From Cirrosporium novae-zelandiae (Eukaryota), in the NCBI GenBank assembly GCA_026023565.1, contig JAPETS010000014.1, positions 558,001 to 622,000 on the forward strand: 64,000 nt of DNA. Direction: 5' to 3'. The notes under the pieces are model-generated. The model saw only the letters and a program-made list of their open reading frames with translations, made no database searches and had not been told where the DNA came from. The translations under genes were made by a program, and so were the position numbers. Of the stretch, positions 1 through 13,720 are shown one piece after another. Each line of letters opens with the position of its first letter. The first letter of the stretch is position 1.

Positions 1-2306
1 TGGAACGATGGATCTAGTAGGTTATTCATGATGTAATCTTAGGAACAAATAATGCTAACTTGATACAGGTTTTTGGCGAAGTTGATAGATAGTTGAAGCA
101 GCAAAATGCAAAGATGAGTTAGAAGGTTGTATAGTCGTGTACATATGTCTATCAATTGCTGAAGACCCAATTTTTTCAAGTCAGGCATAAAATGCCCGCT
201 CTTGTGGATACTAAGTTTGCTTTGTTTACAGATAGTTGCCACCATCCACCCCCATTAAACCGTTTCCCTAAACTAGATGGGTTCTACCTCTAGCTTGAAC
301 TCGCCGATCGGCCCTCTAGCCGAGAAACATAGCTAAGGCCACCCAAATACCAGATGCGATCTTTGAATTTGGGCTTGGATGTCCTCCAAATAATGCTACG
401 ACGGGTATGCAGAGATTCCGACAAGCGTAATGACTATTCTAGCCCCTTTTTCGTTGCATCCAATTTCATACCAGTGAATCTATTTGCCTATCTTAAGAAT
501 TTTTCATGTTTGTATTGCATATGCAATGTACGCTGTAACTATGCTTTAGAAAGTTTGTCTAGACTGGCTCCAGCAAACAGTTTTTGGTGAATATTTGGAC
601 TTTGCAAGGAATGTTGGCTATCACATTCACTAGTTGCAGCCTTGGTTGTTGGTTATCTAGCTCTCTTTGTTCCCTCTACTTCCTTTCCTTTTTCTTCAGC
701 ACCAAAAATCCACAAGTCATTAAGCCATCTAACCAGATCCATACTTCACGTTCCTTAGAAGGCTTATAAGTATCCTAGCTAGCCATGACTTGATATAGAA
801 TTAATCAAAGGTAATGATATAATTTCTTCATTTAACTAGCCATATGAGTATACCCTATCATTATCGAATATTTATATATTAATCAAAGCAGATGATATTT
901 CCTACCTAGGTATATTTTGAAGTCTCCCCCCCTTATTGTTTGCAGGTATTATTAACTATCCTCACAGCAGCAATGCAACATTCGTGCTTTTTCAATGCTA
1001 CAATTACCGTTTACTACAGGGGCTATTGATGTTGCCTCAGTCCTTCTTTGAATATCTACCTTAGACTTATTAGTTCAAACTTCCTCCTGCCATAGCTACG
1101 CAAGATCCATTACGAATAAAATAATCTAGATAATACTCAAGGTAGCCTACCACCACCATCGGAAAAGGAACAATTTTAACTCGGTCAAAGATTAAATAAG
1201 TACAAAGAAAATGAAAGACTGTATATTTAGAGCCCAGCTGAGAAGAGTCAACTTGGGGCCCCTTTTCCGAAAAGATCTTATACGAAGAACAAAGAACGAA
1301 AAACCTTGGGGATACGATGAAGATCGACAAGGTGAAGATGATAATTGGTGAAAAATAAAAGAACTATAACCTTCCTCATTACCTATATACTGTACAGTAC
1401 GTCGAGGGCAACTGATATTAAAACATTTGTTTCTGGCTGACTTCAAGCTTGTCTCTACCAACCTAGATTCTGGAGATAGATGTGCCTCGTCCTTCTCAGA
1501 AGAAAAGAAAACGTCTGAGAAATACTTCATCTGATAGGCCATATCCCCTTCTGAATCTGATAGATAGTCTACCCCTCCCAAGGCAATCGTGGTCTCAAAA
1601 AACCCTACGGTCTACTAGATACTTCAAAAGGTACATGGTCCTAGATAATTACACATCTACAAAAACAACCGAAAAAAGTTGTTGTCTCATTCTGAGGGAA
1701 CAAACCTATTGTATATTGTACATCTTCGTCTCTAGCAAAATCCATCATTCTACATTTACATATACAAAAAAATCACAATCATCATCTTTTTTTCCTCGTT
1801 ATTCTTCTTCTTTATTCCTCATCAAACAAGCTCCACCACAATTCCTATCTCTAAAGCAAATCGGATTTTCTAATAATCATTAACACAAACACACTCACCC
1901 GAGCAAGCTAGTTATTTCTAACGATTCCAAACAAACAACTATAAACCTCTATTATTATTACATACCCATCTATTAGATATTATAATCCCAATCCTCCCCC
2001 AAAAATCCTCAAATTCTTTCCTTCTCTTGTTTCTTGGATAGATAGATAGTATCTATTTGAGCACTTTCAATAAATACTTCTTCTTCACATCGACTGAGAC
2101 TATATCGTTCAAGTCTACTTCACTCACTCCACTCACACTCTCTAGTTTGTTTGCTTTTTTCTTTTCCCATTAAACAAAGAAAGAAGACAGAATGCTTCGT
2201 TTTTTTTTTCAAAACCAAAATAATTATTATCATCATTGTTTTTGTTTTGTTTTTTTGCCTTTGCCTCGCCTCGCCTCCCTTACTGGTTGGTTGTGGTTGT
2301 GGATGT

Positions 2307-3400
2307 ATGAATTATTTTATTCTTTATTGTTCAGTTTACAAAATCGAAGTAAAGATATTCTTTCAAGTTTTGGGTTACAAAGTAACCAGTATCATGCATC
2401 AATCGTGTGTCAGTCAAGTCGGTGTTCGAAAAACTGGATATACACATACACCCGAATTGCAAGTTCCAAGTTCCAACGTTGAAGAGTTCGGGTCAGAAGC
2501 GACCGATCACTACAATAGCCCCAACCAAATATATGATAACTAACACTTGACACACTCTCAAAAAAATGTCTTAATCAGAGAGAGAGAGAGTCAGTCTGCC
2601 CAGAAACAGATAAGGGTTGAGGTTGAGAGAGATTCTTTCAATCAAAGAAATGTTTTCTGCCTTCTACACCTATACCCCAATCCCTATTAATCTTACTCGC
2701 GGTAACTGACAACTCTGAAAGAATGTCTCAATGAGAGCAGAAGAAAAGCCAGAACGTGGTCTCTTTCCTAAATACAGAAGTTGAAATATTTCATCCAGAA
2801 AAATGGTATCTTCCCTATCCTTTTGTTCGTTCGCTATACCCCTATCTCATTCTTCCATAAATATTTACAACGTTCTGTCTGTATTTAGTTCGTGTCTTAG
2901 GGACAAAAATGACTCATCTAGGTGGCTAGTTTCCCTTCTTTTTTTCCTTCGCTTGCTTCGCTCGATTGCTAAGTGATCGGTTGAATGAAATTATTTTGCT
3001 TTATTGTTTTATTGTTTAGTTTATAAAGTTGAAGTAAGGATAATTTTTTTAAGTTTTGGGCTACAAAGTAGCCAGTATCTTGCATCAATCAATCGCGTGT
3101 GTTAGTGCTGTATTCGAAAAACTGGATATACACCTAAATTCGAAGTCCCAACGTTGAGAATTCGATCGAGGCTATAGAAGCGACCGAACATTGCAGTGAA
3201 GATGAATGGTCCCAAATATATAATACTGACACTCTGGAAAAATGCCTCGATGAAAGTACTGTAGAGGAAAGCCAGAACGTGGTCTTTTTCCCAAATATAG
3301 AAATTGAAATTTTTTATCCCGAAAAATGCTTTCTGCCTTCTTTGTTTACTGTACCCATACCCACATCTCACCCTTCAACTTTCTGTTGTCTTTGTTTGCT
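2307..3400. repeat. Diverged local tandem duplication (two ~0.5-0.7 kb copies plus a partial third)
   Basis: AAGTTTTGGGTTACAAAGTAACCAGTATC (2365) matches AAGTTTTGGGCTACAAAGTAGCCAGTATC (3051). TTCGAAAAACTGGATATACAC occurs in both copies. AAAGCCAGAACGTGGTCT occurs at ~2745 and ~3268. AAATG(T/C)TTTCTGCCTTCT occurs at ~2648 and ~3325. Confidence 0.85.
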
Positions 3401-5823
3401 TGTTGTGTCATCATGGATGGGACTAGCTACCTTTTTTTCAAATCTCTCTCTCTCTCTCTCCCGCCCAAGTTTGTTTTTATAATCGAATCCTGTGGTGGTG
3501 GTAATTTCTGTGGATTCTGGTGGTGCAGTAACGTCAAGGGGGCTGTTGTGGACACAAATCTGCTTGATGATCTGATGGTGGTGGGATTAGTTAGGTCTTG
3601 CTGGTATACTGTAGGGAGTAGAGCAGAAAGGCTTGAGATATTCACAACTCCCACGGCTCATTTCTTTCTAATGGTTATGAAGCTATTTATTGCTAATATG
3701 ACGACAACGAACGACAACGAACGATATAAGTTAAACCGGCTTACAATATGTTATTGCACTTAAGAGGGAGAACTGGTTTGAAGATTATCTTTTTATTCTC
3801 CTTTTTTTCTTTTTTCTTTCTCCCCATCTCACGCAACATGTGTTTCGGATAACACTCTGGCAGCACATCATACATCATGAATATTCCTCACCCACTTACA
3901 AAGAAAGAGAGATGATAGATCTACTCATTCGCAGAAGAAGAAGATCAAAACATTTTTGAAAAAAAAAAAATATGTACAAAAAGAAAGAAAAGAAATGAGT
4001 TAAAATGAAATTTTTTTTGTCTCATATACAGTGTATATATATTATAGACTGTGCTTGTTAGTGAGAATAAGAATGAAGATAGAGAAATTCTTTGTGCGTT
4101 AACTGAAGGGATGGAGCCAACGTCATAACACCGACTTACTACTTATATTATATATATCGATGGCATAGGATACCACTGATACTGGTTTCTCCGCATTTGA
4201 GCGAACAGGTTCCATTTATCCCTTTCCCCTCAATAAAGCGCCAATACGCCCGAGGTAACCTGGAAAATATATTAAACTGAAACTCTCAATTCCATATATA
4301 TCGTCATTCCCTCAAGGAAGAGAGCTTTCTTTCCCTGGTTCAACTAAGGTTCTACTACTGTACATGCATACAAATATTGAATGTTGTGTGATACTAATAG
4401 TCTTTGCTCCGGCACCCTTCTTGAAGTGGTGTACGGTTTCTGTACCGAGTTATTCGTTTTGGTGTGTAGTCTATATCTTAGAAACGTTTCAAGTATTTTT
4501 TTTGGTCCCTTCCTTTAAGTCTGTGTGTTGTGTGTGGTTTGGTTTGGCACCCCCCTTTCTGAGTACTATACAGTTCATCTCCTCTACTTTGTACGTGCGA
4601 TCACAGAATGGGACGAGAATACGGTTCTATAACATCTTGTCAAACAGGAAGAATATAGCAGGAAATCAAAAAATCGGTTGACAGCACATTTTAATGGGCA
4701 TATTCACTAATTTTACTGCGTACTGTACATTCAGATCGCCTATACTCAAAATTGGGCTTTGTATCATCGAAGGACCAGAAAAATGCACTTAGGTCGAGAA
4801 CATTCAGAAGCCAAATCTACTGATTGGAAATTTTCAAGACAGAGAAAACAAAGGGCAAAACAGATATCTGGCAGACGGCTACTCGAAGAACCTTATGAAG
4901 AGGCTGAGGGTGTTTTTTTTTTTAAAAAAAAAGAAGAAGCGACACAGGGAAATATTTTAATGCGATTTCAAAAGAACGGAAACGGGCCATCAGTAGGGAG
5001 TGTGGGGGTTTGCCTGCTCTCTTTATCGTCTGGGGCGGGGTTAGCTAAAGGGTATTACTTGAAGTGCAAGGAGGAGGCACGAATTTGGAGGAAATGGTGG
5101 ATATGAAGTTTGGGTGTGTTTGGCTCTTGTTGATAATTTTCCATTGGACAAGAGTTTTGGTCAGTAGGCCTGGGAGTCAGTAGTGTCGAAAGACCTACTA
5201 GGTGTCCTCTTCGGGAACGTAGAAGCAGAGACAGGAAGACCATCAATGTCGACTGAAGAGTTGAGATTAACCCAAAGGAACAGATCTAATCGCATTCACA
5301 AAATCATAACTAATGTAGATCGTGATGGGTCCTATTGATGTCATCAACTGTGTGTGCACCTTTTGAGAGCTAACATTACTCTAGGTATTTCTTTCTTGTA
5401 TGCTATATAGCATCCCGCCACTATTTGCAGTTTGGGTAGTACATGATATTTGATTTGTTTATCAATCAGACCGAAAATACGCTGATTCAATTTGGTGTGG
5501 GGTTAAACGTCTCATGGGATGACCGGTCTCATCTCAGTACAGAGGCACTTTTCAGAATCTTTCTTCTACTCTCCTTAGAACACGCTGACAATAAGACCCG
5601 CATCACAAAGCACACGTCTCTGTTCGGGGTTAGCTGTGGCTTCGAGTGAAGTCCCCATTCAGGCTGACCCTAGGAGCTACAAGTCAAGGATGATTGATCG
5701 ACTGCACCCAGGGTGGTCGGAATTAAATCGTCACCATAATCGCTGGAAACCAGCGTCGAAATATAATATGATTTATTAAAGACAACTATAAAACCTTTAA
5801 TATACCTTGGACCAAAAGCAGGG

Positions 5824-6561
5824 GTGGTCGCAGTTTTTGCAAAGGACAACTGTTCTCGAGCGATGGGCTACAACAAGGTCGGGGGCATTAAAGGCCATAC
5901 TGTGGCCTATAATACTGAGACTGGTGCCTGGATATCGAATCAGCGATCAAGCCCCGCGAGCTTGAACGGGCTTCATGCTCTTGTCATTAAGAGATTCAAA
6001 CACCTGGCAGCAGTGTCACCAGTCGATATCGCTTCCAACGTTTTCAAATTTCTCCCTTCCATAAACCATTCTATCAGACTGCCTCTCTATAACGGGGCAA
6101 CTCGCCTTTTATCCAATAACAAGGACGCTATCCTTGTCCTGCCTTCATCTTCCATCTGTGGCCAGGTGCTTAATATTCTTGCATCTTGTTGCCATGATCG
6201 ATCTATACTTGTTCTCACTCCATCTCAAGAGACCGCTCAAGCTTTCCCCATGCTACTCCATACAGCCAACACTCCTGTGGAAATTCTCTCCACAATTTTT
6301 GACGTATCTGGGCTCTCTCTGCCTTCTGTCTTCCTCCTACCGTTGGATTCAATGCCGTCTAGTGCCAATATGCTGGAATCGAACTGGAGGATTGGGGCAC
6401 CCCAGTTCATCCAGCCTGAAGATGATACGGTACTTACCTATATCACGGCCAAGGGAATCTCAGCCAAGCCCGATTTCCAAGGCTGGGGGGCTACCGTAAC
6501 ACACTGGGACATTGATGCAGCAGTCATTGCCATCATCAATAATCCTCTCCCGGATGGATGA
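5824..6561 (+). CDS. Orphan ORF (245 codons; first ATG 5863) with a degenerate SF2-helicase-like segment; may be the 3' remnant of a longer gene
   Basis: Longest open frame in the first 14 kb, open from 5767. KDAILVLPSSS...RSILVLTPSQETAQ resembles SF2 motif I/Ia spacing but lacks GKT/S. Confidence 0.35.
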   Translation: MVAVFAKDNCSRAMGYNKVGGIKGHTVAYNTETGAWISNQRSSPASLNGLHALVIKRFKHLAAVSPVDIASNVFKFLPSINHSIRLPLYNGATRLLSNNKDAILVLPSSSICGQVLNILASCCHDRSILVLTPSQETAQAFPMLLHTANTPVEILSTIFDVSGLSLPSVFLLPLDSMPSSANMLESNWRIGAPQFIQPEDDTVLTYITAKGISAKPDFQGWGATVTHWDIDAAVIAIINNPLPDG

Positions 6562-7169
6562 TTTGCCCAAACTTCGGCTTAAACCTGATGAGTGACATTT
6601 TCAAAGTACTATGTGCATGTGCATGTGTTGACAAAAACCTTGGCATTCCACTGCGTAACACCCAGCCCTCTTCTTCGGAGCCCTAAATTTCAGTACTTCA
6701 CTTACCTGGGGTGACCTAGGAAGGTTGTTGTAGACCACCCATTCCCAGCCATTAGAATACCAGAGACAGGCAAAAGGAAAATAACTGTATATAATAACGG
6801 AAAACGCGATAATATATACTATGACCAAGGAATGGATCGAAGAGCATAGCCATGTGACTCCTAAACAAGGTTCAATATTTGCAGATTCTGAACTAATTAG
6901 ACAGACTTGGATAAGCAATGCTTACTTAGATAATAATAGAGTGAAGTATAGATACGCGGAAGCCTAGAATCAGTTCAGGGAACATGGGATGAACATGCGC
7001 TTCACCTCATCTCATGGATCCGAGGGTATTTGAGACTATGTACCTATATTCAGACAGATGCCAATCCCGCCCATTCCAAAGTAGTCCTTGCTACCATTCG
7101 ATGGGCGGGCTGGTGATGAAATATTCACCAACCCCGATGCAAATGGTGTGTCATAGAATGCCACTGTTA

Positions 7170-10100
7170 GCAGCGACATCCCTCCCTACGAGATTACCAA
7201 TATTGCAACGGAACTCGGTCACGAGGAAAAGGAATAAAACAACATCCACGATATGGTTGCTCGAACTCTTGCAGGGGGGGTTTAAAGTCAGAAAAAGCCA
7301 AACTTGGCTATATTCAAAGGGATTATGCGTGGATTAATGATGCGTGCCACCATTAAATGAAAGAGTTCCAAATCAATATCCAACACCTTCTCCATGTCAA
7401 TATTCGGGAATGACGGAGGGATCTTAGTACAGGATAAGTCAGCAAACGTGAGCCGTAAATTATAAAATTTGATTTACTCCAAAATAGTTCCAAGGACGGC
7501 TCATGAGAGAGAAGGCCCAGAAGGATTACCCCCCCCCCCCCATGAACGATCTTCTTGGCACCCTTAACCCTGACCGGCGTCTCCCTCGGCATTAGCAAAT
7601 ACCGATAGATTTTTTTAGAGGAAATATAACTGCCTTTCTAGATATGTCTTTCTCAAGGCAACTTTGCAAAAATATATTGGAAGGCCGATTAGCAATGTTT
7701 TGCCACCATAATAGTCAAAAAACGACTTATTAGTCCATCATCTCCATTAGTGCGTTGTCTGAAAGGGCCGAACTCCCGAAATCCTTAGAAACTAAACTAC
7801 GCGATTGTCATAATCTTTATATCAACACTATGGAGACGGCAGCACCAACCACAGCGGTGACTTCAGTCGAAATGAGACAACTAAATTTTGAAGAAGAACA
7901 TAGGATACCAAAACTTGACCGAGTTTTGGCTTTTTGTGCCTACCTACAGCCATTGTTCATCAAGCACTATTACTAGGTGTTCGAGCCTTTAATACACCTC
8001 TTTACTACAGCCTAGCAATAAAGCTAGTGCTCCTAAGAAAATTGGCAGGAAGTAAGAGGAAAGAATTGGAGAAATCGATTTAGAAAATATATGCTGCTAG
8101 TACTTACTAAAAGAACGGAGACAAGAAGCGGAGACAGAAGACGAGTATGCTCCGATGCCTCAGGTTCAATCTACCGATAAAGAACCCTAAGAAAACACCT
8201 AAAGCGCCACAAAAAGGATGGTTGGTATAATCGATCAAAATTTTTTTGATATAACACAGGTGCTTAGAAACACCACTATAACAATAAGCTTTATGCAGCT
8301 GGCTGGAGTGTCAAGACAAATCCGTATTGACATAGATATATCAATGAAACCAGACCTATCAAACAAACCTATGAGGAGGAAGCCTATGGTAAAAGAAACT
8401 ACAACTACACCTACAACCTCAACTTGGACAATCTTCTACATGTTCGATCCAAGCTACTCTTGCACGCCGGATTGGGAGATTCTGAACGTACAAAGCTGGT
8501 GAACCGTGTTAATAACCCCAATGATTCTCCGAAAATTCTCATTTTGTCCAAAGATGCATTCAAAAGAATATAATGTAGTCTCAGATCTAGACATTTCTGA
8601 AATCTGCTGCTGGAAAATGCAGCTGCTCCTCCTTTTTATTTTCAGATTAAAATAGATAGTCGGTTTAGGGCACCCTTCCCTACAGCGGCCGACACTCCCA
8701 TTATTGTGATCACAGTATAGGGAAGAAATCACTTGATATAGTTTTGTCTTAAGTTAGTTACTCTTTTTCATTTTTCTTGCTTAATTGAGATTAACCTAGA
8801 GACCCTTGATATTCACTTATTCTTAAAGCTATCTTTCTCCTTCTTTTACCCACGCTATGCCAGTTTTCCTACTCATTTGATAACCTTAAACGGAGCTGTT
8901 CGTTGGATGGAGAACTTCCTGTTCGCGGCTCCCAGAACAGTGTACCCTTGATCAAGTCTGAGATCCAATTTATCACCGGCGTTAGACTTCAGTGGTGTGG
9001 GAAGCGATATCGCTAAGAAACAACACAGAACCCCGGATCACCGAAATGGAACTGGGAAAATGAGGGACATATACCACCGAGAGGCACAAGACGCGGTAGC
9101 ATTCACAAACGCAAAGGCAAAATTTCATAACAATACTAAATACAAACCTTAAACCTATAAATCATCTCTGTGGGTGTGCGCACGAACTCTACAAGTAACG
9201 GAGAGCAAAAGATTACCAAGCCCATTATCGACTGATTAAAGAAACCTCAATAAAGAGGATCTATACCGAGATCAATAGCCAACAGGCTAGACCGAGTCTT
9301 TTTTGGGACAAATAGCTTAAGGGAATGGAAAGATATCGGAGCAGATAATTCAAGAAACATTGCTTAAGAGAGACTCGAAGGTACTCGCAACCCACAACAC
9401 ATAAAACAAATCTCCTAGGCCAACGAAACTTACAGCGGTAAGTCCATTCCACATGGAAGCTCAATATTCATCGGAGGCGGGTATCAACCAAGGAATTCCT
9501 AGGACAGGAGTACCAAGAAACCATGATAAAAGTTATTGAAGCAAAATTTCGCACTTCATCTCACTCCTGCCTTAGAACAATATTAATGACTCTCCTGATC
9601 AAGCTTTCGGGGGGCCAATAATGCAATAAACAGTGATAGTAAAAAAAAAGGAATATTGAAAGCGACGAGCTAATAGATGAGAAAAATGGCATCTTGGCCC
9701 AAAATTGAAAGAAAAAAAAGAGTATCATCTACATTGGTTAAAACATCGGACCAGAAGAAATTGAGCATAAGCAGCTGAAGCTATTACCGAATATAATTAA
9801 TCTCAAAACAAAATGGTTGACTTTGATGAAAAACAGAAGTTAGTTGGAGTGAGCAATAGTCAGTCGATCAGTATCAAGAGCTTTAGAAGTTATCCATTGA
9901 TATCTCACAGTAAAGGTTTATAATAGTGATTAATCGTCGAATACTATAAAAGGGATATTAAAGGTTGAAACCCCTTTTTTAAAGCAGTGAGATGTGACTA
10001 AGATGCATAAAACCCAACTCGACAATATAGTCCAACACTACAAGCAAGCATCTTCTGATTCTTCTCGATGCCGACTTTGACTTTGCTCTGTAAGCAGGGA

Positions 10101-10430
10101 ACAGATAAACTCGTGACAGAGCAGCCTTCTCAAGAATATCCTCACATACTTTCTCTCAACGCCAGTATGGATAGCATGGGCCAATTTTCGCCCTCCCTAC
10201 AATTAAAGCTAAGAATAATGAAGTCGGTTAACAAGCTCCACGGATTCGGAAAACGGAATTATACATGTATGGTTATCATTAAACCGTATATGTGTACGTG
10301 AAATCAAGAGATGGTCACCTATGTGTCAAGTGTGGAAACACTTATGCCTTTGGAGCAAAATGCACATGCTTGATACAAGACTATCTTGCCCGGGGTGAAC
10401 AATCAGTTCTCAGAGCTATTGTCTTCGAGG
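7170..10430 (+). mobile_element. Cluster of degenerate Ty3/Gypsy (chromovirus-like) LTR-retrotransposon fragments
   Basis: RT N-terminus-like WLLELLQGGF...GLCVD**..LNERVPNQYPTP (~7250-7390; consensus LCVDYRxLN...YPLP). Gag-like FDITQVLRNTTITISFMQLAGVSRQIR (~8245-8325). Integrase-tail-like MRDIYHREAQDAVAFTNAKAKFHNNTKYKP (9060-9152). IKRIYTEI..FW (~9250-9310). Chromodomain-like EYHLHWL../GPEE (9720-9759). Gag knuckle-like LCVKCG...EQSVLRAIVF (~10318-10426). Many in-frame stops and frameshifts; no LTR pair identified. Confidence 0.65.
8424..8573 (+). pseudogene. Fragment of an SF2/SNF2-type helicase C-terminal domain
   Basis: Translation LDNLLHVRSKLLLHAGLGDSERTKLVNRVNNPNDSPKILILS matches the HELICc pattern LHAGxxxxERxxxVxxFNxPxxxxxILILS. 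No start codon and no GLNL continuation. Confidence 0.5.
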
Positions 10431-12409
10431 GACATACCCCCCCTATGAAGCCTCAAGTGGCTAACAACTTCCGTGTATCTTCACAGTATAATCATAACAC
10501 AATGAATCCTAACCATCCTCCTTTGCCCAATAACCATCCTTCTTGTTCATACCTGCTAAACGGTCTCGCCCTCGCGTCCCTCCCGCTGCCGTCTCGTCCC
10601 ACACCCTCGCTCCTATATTCCCTATGTGTCTTAAGTGCCTTTTTCGTCTTGCTTCCCTGCCTGGTTTAGAAAGCTGACCTTCCTCTCGTTCCTTTCCCTT
10701 CCCTATATGAACTCCTCGTTTTATCTATGACGCGTTTACCCTCAACTGTGTCTGCGCCATAGCCTTATACTTTCCGCATCCAGGCCGCATACATCAATCC
10801 TCTTCTTTGTATCCTCTCTACCCTTTCCCTTGTTACATAGTCCCCTTCTTTTTTAAGTTCATGGCACTCATCCACTACGTACTTATATAGTCATCTAGCT
10901 ATTGTCCAAAAGGACTTCGACCCAGACTTCAATCCATCATCCCTAACTACCTAATTCCTAATGCCCCAAATCGCCCCCCCTCCCCTCTCCTCTCGAATAA
11001 AATTTCAAATCCAAACTCTATTCTCTATTCTATCATCACCAAAGATTGAATAATTACTGCTCTCCACGCGGTTCGACTTTAAACATTCTTATTACCATCA
11101 CCTCCATTATCGTCAGCTCTACCACCCGTCATCTCTAATAGCGACAATGCCTCCAATAAACCCAGCAAACACCACCCCCGAACATTTCCTTCCTCTCCTT
11201 TGTTTTTTTCTTTCAGAACTTCGAGAATGTATGTTTATCATTGTTTGCTCCTTCCTCACCCCCACCTTCGAACTGCGTAGTTAATATTTCCACCGACCAG
11301 TTTACAGTATCAGCATAACACACACAGAGAAGAAAGCTACAGTATAGCCACGGGCATTCGACCGACATGGGGAGAGTACACTTACTATATATTCCCTACA
11401 ATATCATCAAACACAAAAAAAGAGCTAATTAGCACTCACTCACTCACTAGGCTTTTCTCAAGGAATGTGGTGCTATACTTGCTTGTACAGCTTTTACTCG
11501 TTTCGTTCATCCCGTCCCTCAGCTCAGGACTCTTGTGATGCCCACACACTGACCTTATCACTTCCATATCGCTTTTGTTGGGAGGGATCAAGGACTGGAA
11601 CCAAGGACCAGGACCAAAACGACAACCCCCCCCCCCCCTTTCTCCCTCTGAGTCCCACCTATTATACAGCACAGTACTAAAAGCTATAATATAAAAGCAA
11701 AACCCTTACAACAATAAACAATAATAGAGATTATTTAGATTTTTATGAAATAACCCCTCACTTCTATCGAAACTGCAGCTCAGACAAGCAAGTTCGAGTT
11801 CAAGTTCAGCAAACCCATTAACTCCCCCCCACTAATCTAATCTGATTCAATATTAAACAATAACAATGACAATGACAAAGTACACACATATAGTCCCCTA
11901 CATCCTCTATTCTTCTTCTCTAACCGGTGTGGGTTGGTGGTGGTTTTAGCCAACAGTGGTGTGGTCTATTCCCATTATTCATTATCACTATGGACGGACG
12001 GATGATATGGCGACCCAAATATCAAAGAGAACTGAAGGGAAACTAACTGGTTGAAAAAGACAACAAAAACAAGAAGAACAATAAATAAATAAACAATACA
12101 CCGAAAAAGCGAAAACCGGGATAAAGCAAAACCGATGGAAAGCATTTTTTTAGGGATCCCCTGTACATGTACACATATATAGCATACCCCCTCCCTCCCT
12201 CCCTTTTCTCCTCCCCCAGTCTGGGTGGTCGCAGGAGGTAAGCAACAAGATCAGACCATCCTCTCGATTACTATATCACTAATCACCAAAGTGCAAATGA
12301 CAATGAAAATGCAAATAAATAAATAAATGGAATCACCAAAAAAAAAACTTGGGCTTGGAGAGGGAAGGGGTTTGGTTATTTTGGTGGTTTTGGGATTGGT
12401 GATAAATAT

Positions 12410-13720
12410 ATATCTAAGTAATGAGAAATGAGAAATGAGAAATGAGATATCTAGATTCTAGATTCTACAGTATAACCCCCCCCCCCCCCAAGCCATGGAA
12501 ATATGAAAAGGACCAACCAAGCTACTAGTCATATAACTCTATACCATACCCCTAATATACCATACCCATACCCATACACCCCACGCCCACAATTTACCAA
12601 TTCCCCATTCCCCCTATTCCATTTCACCCCCCCCCCCCCTTCAAACTCCAAACCTCACCCTTTAAAAAAAAAGACAGTTTCCATAAAACTTCCCAACTCC
12701 CAAATTCTTAACTTCTTAATGCTAGCTTAAATCTCGGAAGTGGGAAGTAGGGAATAAAAGGTAGGGGAGATTAAAGATAAAGAACCCCCCTCTTATTTTG
12801 ACAACATTCAAATATATAGATATATCTATATGGAAGCTGGAAGCTGGAGACAGGAGGGGTAGGCTGTGTTTGGTTGGGGTTGGTTGGGTTAGTTATGAGG
12901 AATAGAAGGAAGAAAGGAAGAGTTGGAAGGGGGAAGGGGGAAGGGGGAAGGGGGAAGGTGATTATCGTGACTTGTGTGGTTTGTGCTCTTTAAAGCTCTA
13001 AAGAATATAGGGATGGATATTATATATATATATATATATATTCCTTCTCTTCCTTTCTTTTTCTTTCTGTTTTTGTGTTTTCGTGTTCGTAGTAGTAGTA
13101 ATAATAATAATAATAATAATATATGTATATGTATACGATATGTGTGTCTCGAACTAAAACTAGGAACTAGGGACTGGGACTAACATGCTATAAAAGTTAC
13201 AGAAAGAGATGGTAGAGAGGAGGGAGGGGTATGAAAGAAAGGGAAAGAAAAGAAGGGAAGAAAGAGATATGAGATAACCCTTTCTCCCCCTCTCTCCTCA
13301 AGAAAAGGAAACAGAAAATAATACCTAATAATAATAGATGGGAGGAGAGGAGGAGGAGGGTGGAGGTTTGTTATTCTCTCTCCTCTCCCTTTCTTCTTTT
13401 TCACTTCCCTTTTGTAATTTTTGTATTTTTTTTATATCTAAGTGTGTGTTTGTATGTTTGTATCATATTATATAATAATGGAACATAATAAGATATAAAG
13501 AAAAAAAACAAAAAGAAGAAAAGAGTCAGGGGATTCTTAGGGGTCGAGGTGGTTGATTAAATAGTAATATATTGATATAGTGGTATAATGGGTAAATAAA
13601 TGGAGTTTGGGATTGGGAGTTTGGTCTAAGAAAGAGAGAAAGAGAGAGAAGGGTGGGGCGGAGAAAAAAGGGGGGAGGGAGGATGGAGGGGGGAGGGTAA
13701 ATGTCCAATTCTGTTCTGTT
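12410..13720. repeat. Microsatellite / low-complexity tract
   Basis: (AATGAGA)n ~12420, poly-C 12476-12489, (GGAAGGG)n ~12925-12958, (TA)n ~13017-13041, (TAA)n ~13098-13121. Confidence 0.9.

Noticed and set aside
1070..1883. Stop-interrupted + strand frame ending VPRPSQKKRKRLRN
   Set aside because: Looks like a decayed ORF, but I recognise no domain motif, so it cannot be assigned
6700..6740. ACTTACCTGG resembling the U1 snRNA 5' end
   Set aside because: No U1 stem-loops, AUUGCAC loop or Sm site follow; it is simply a CAG|GTAAGT donor-like sequence on the minus strand
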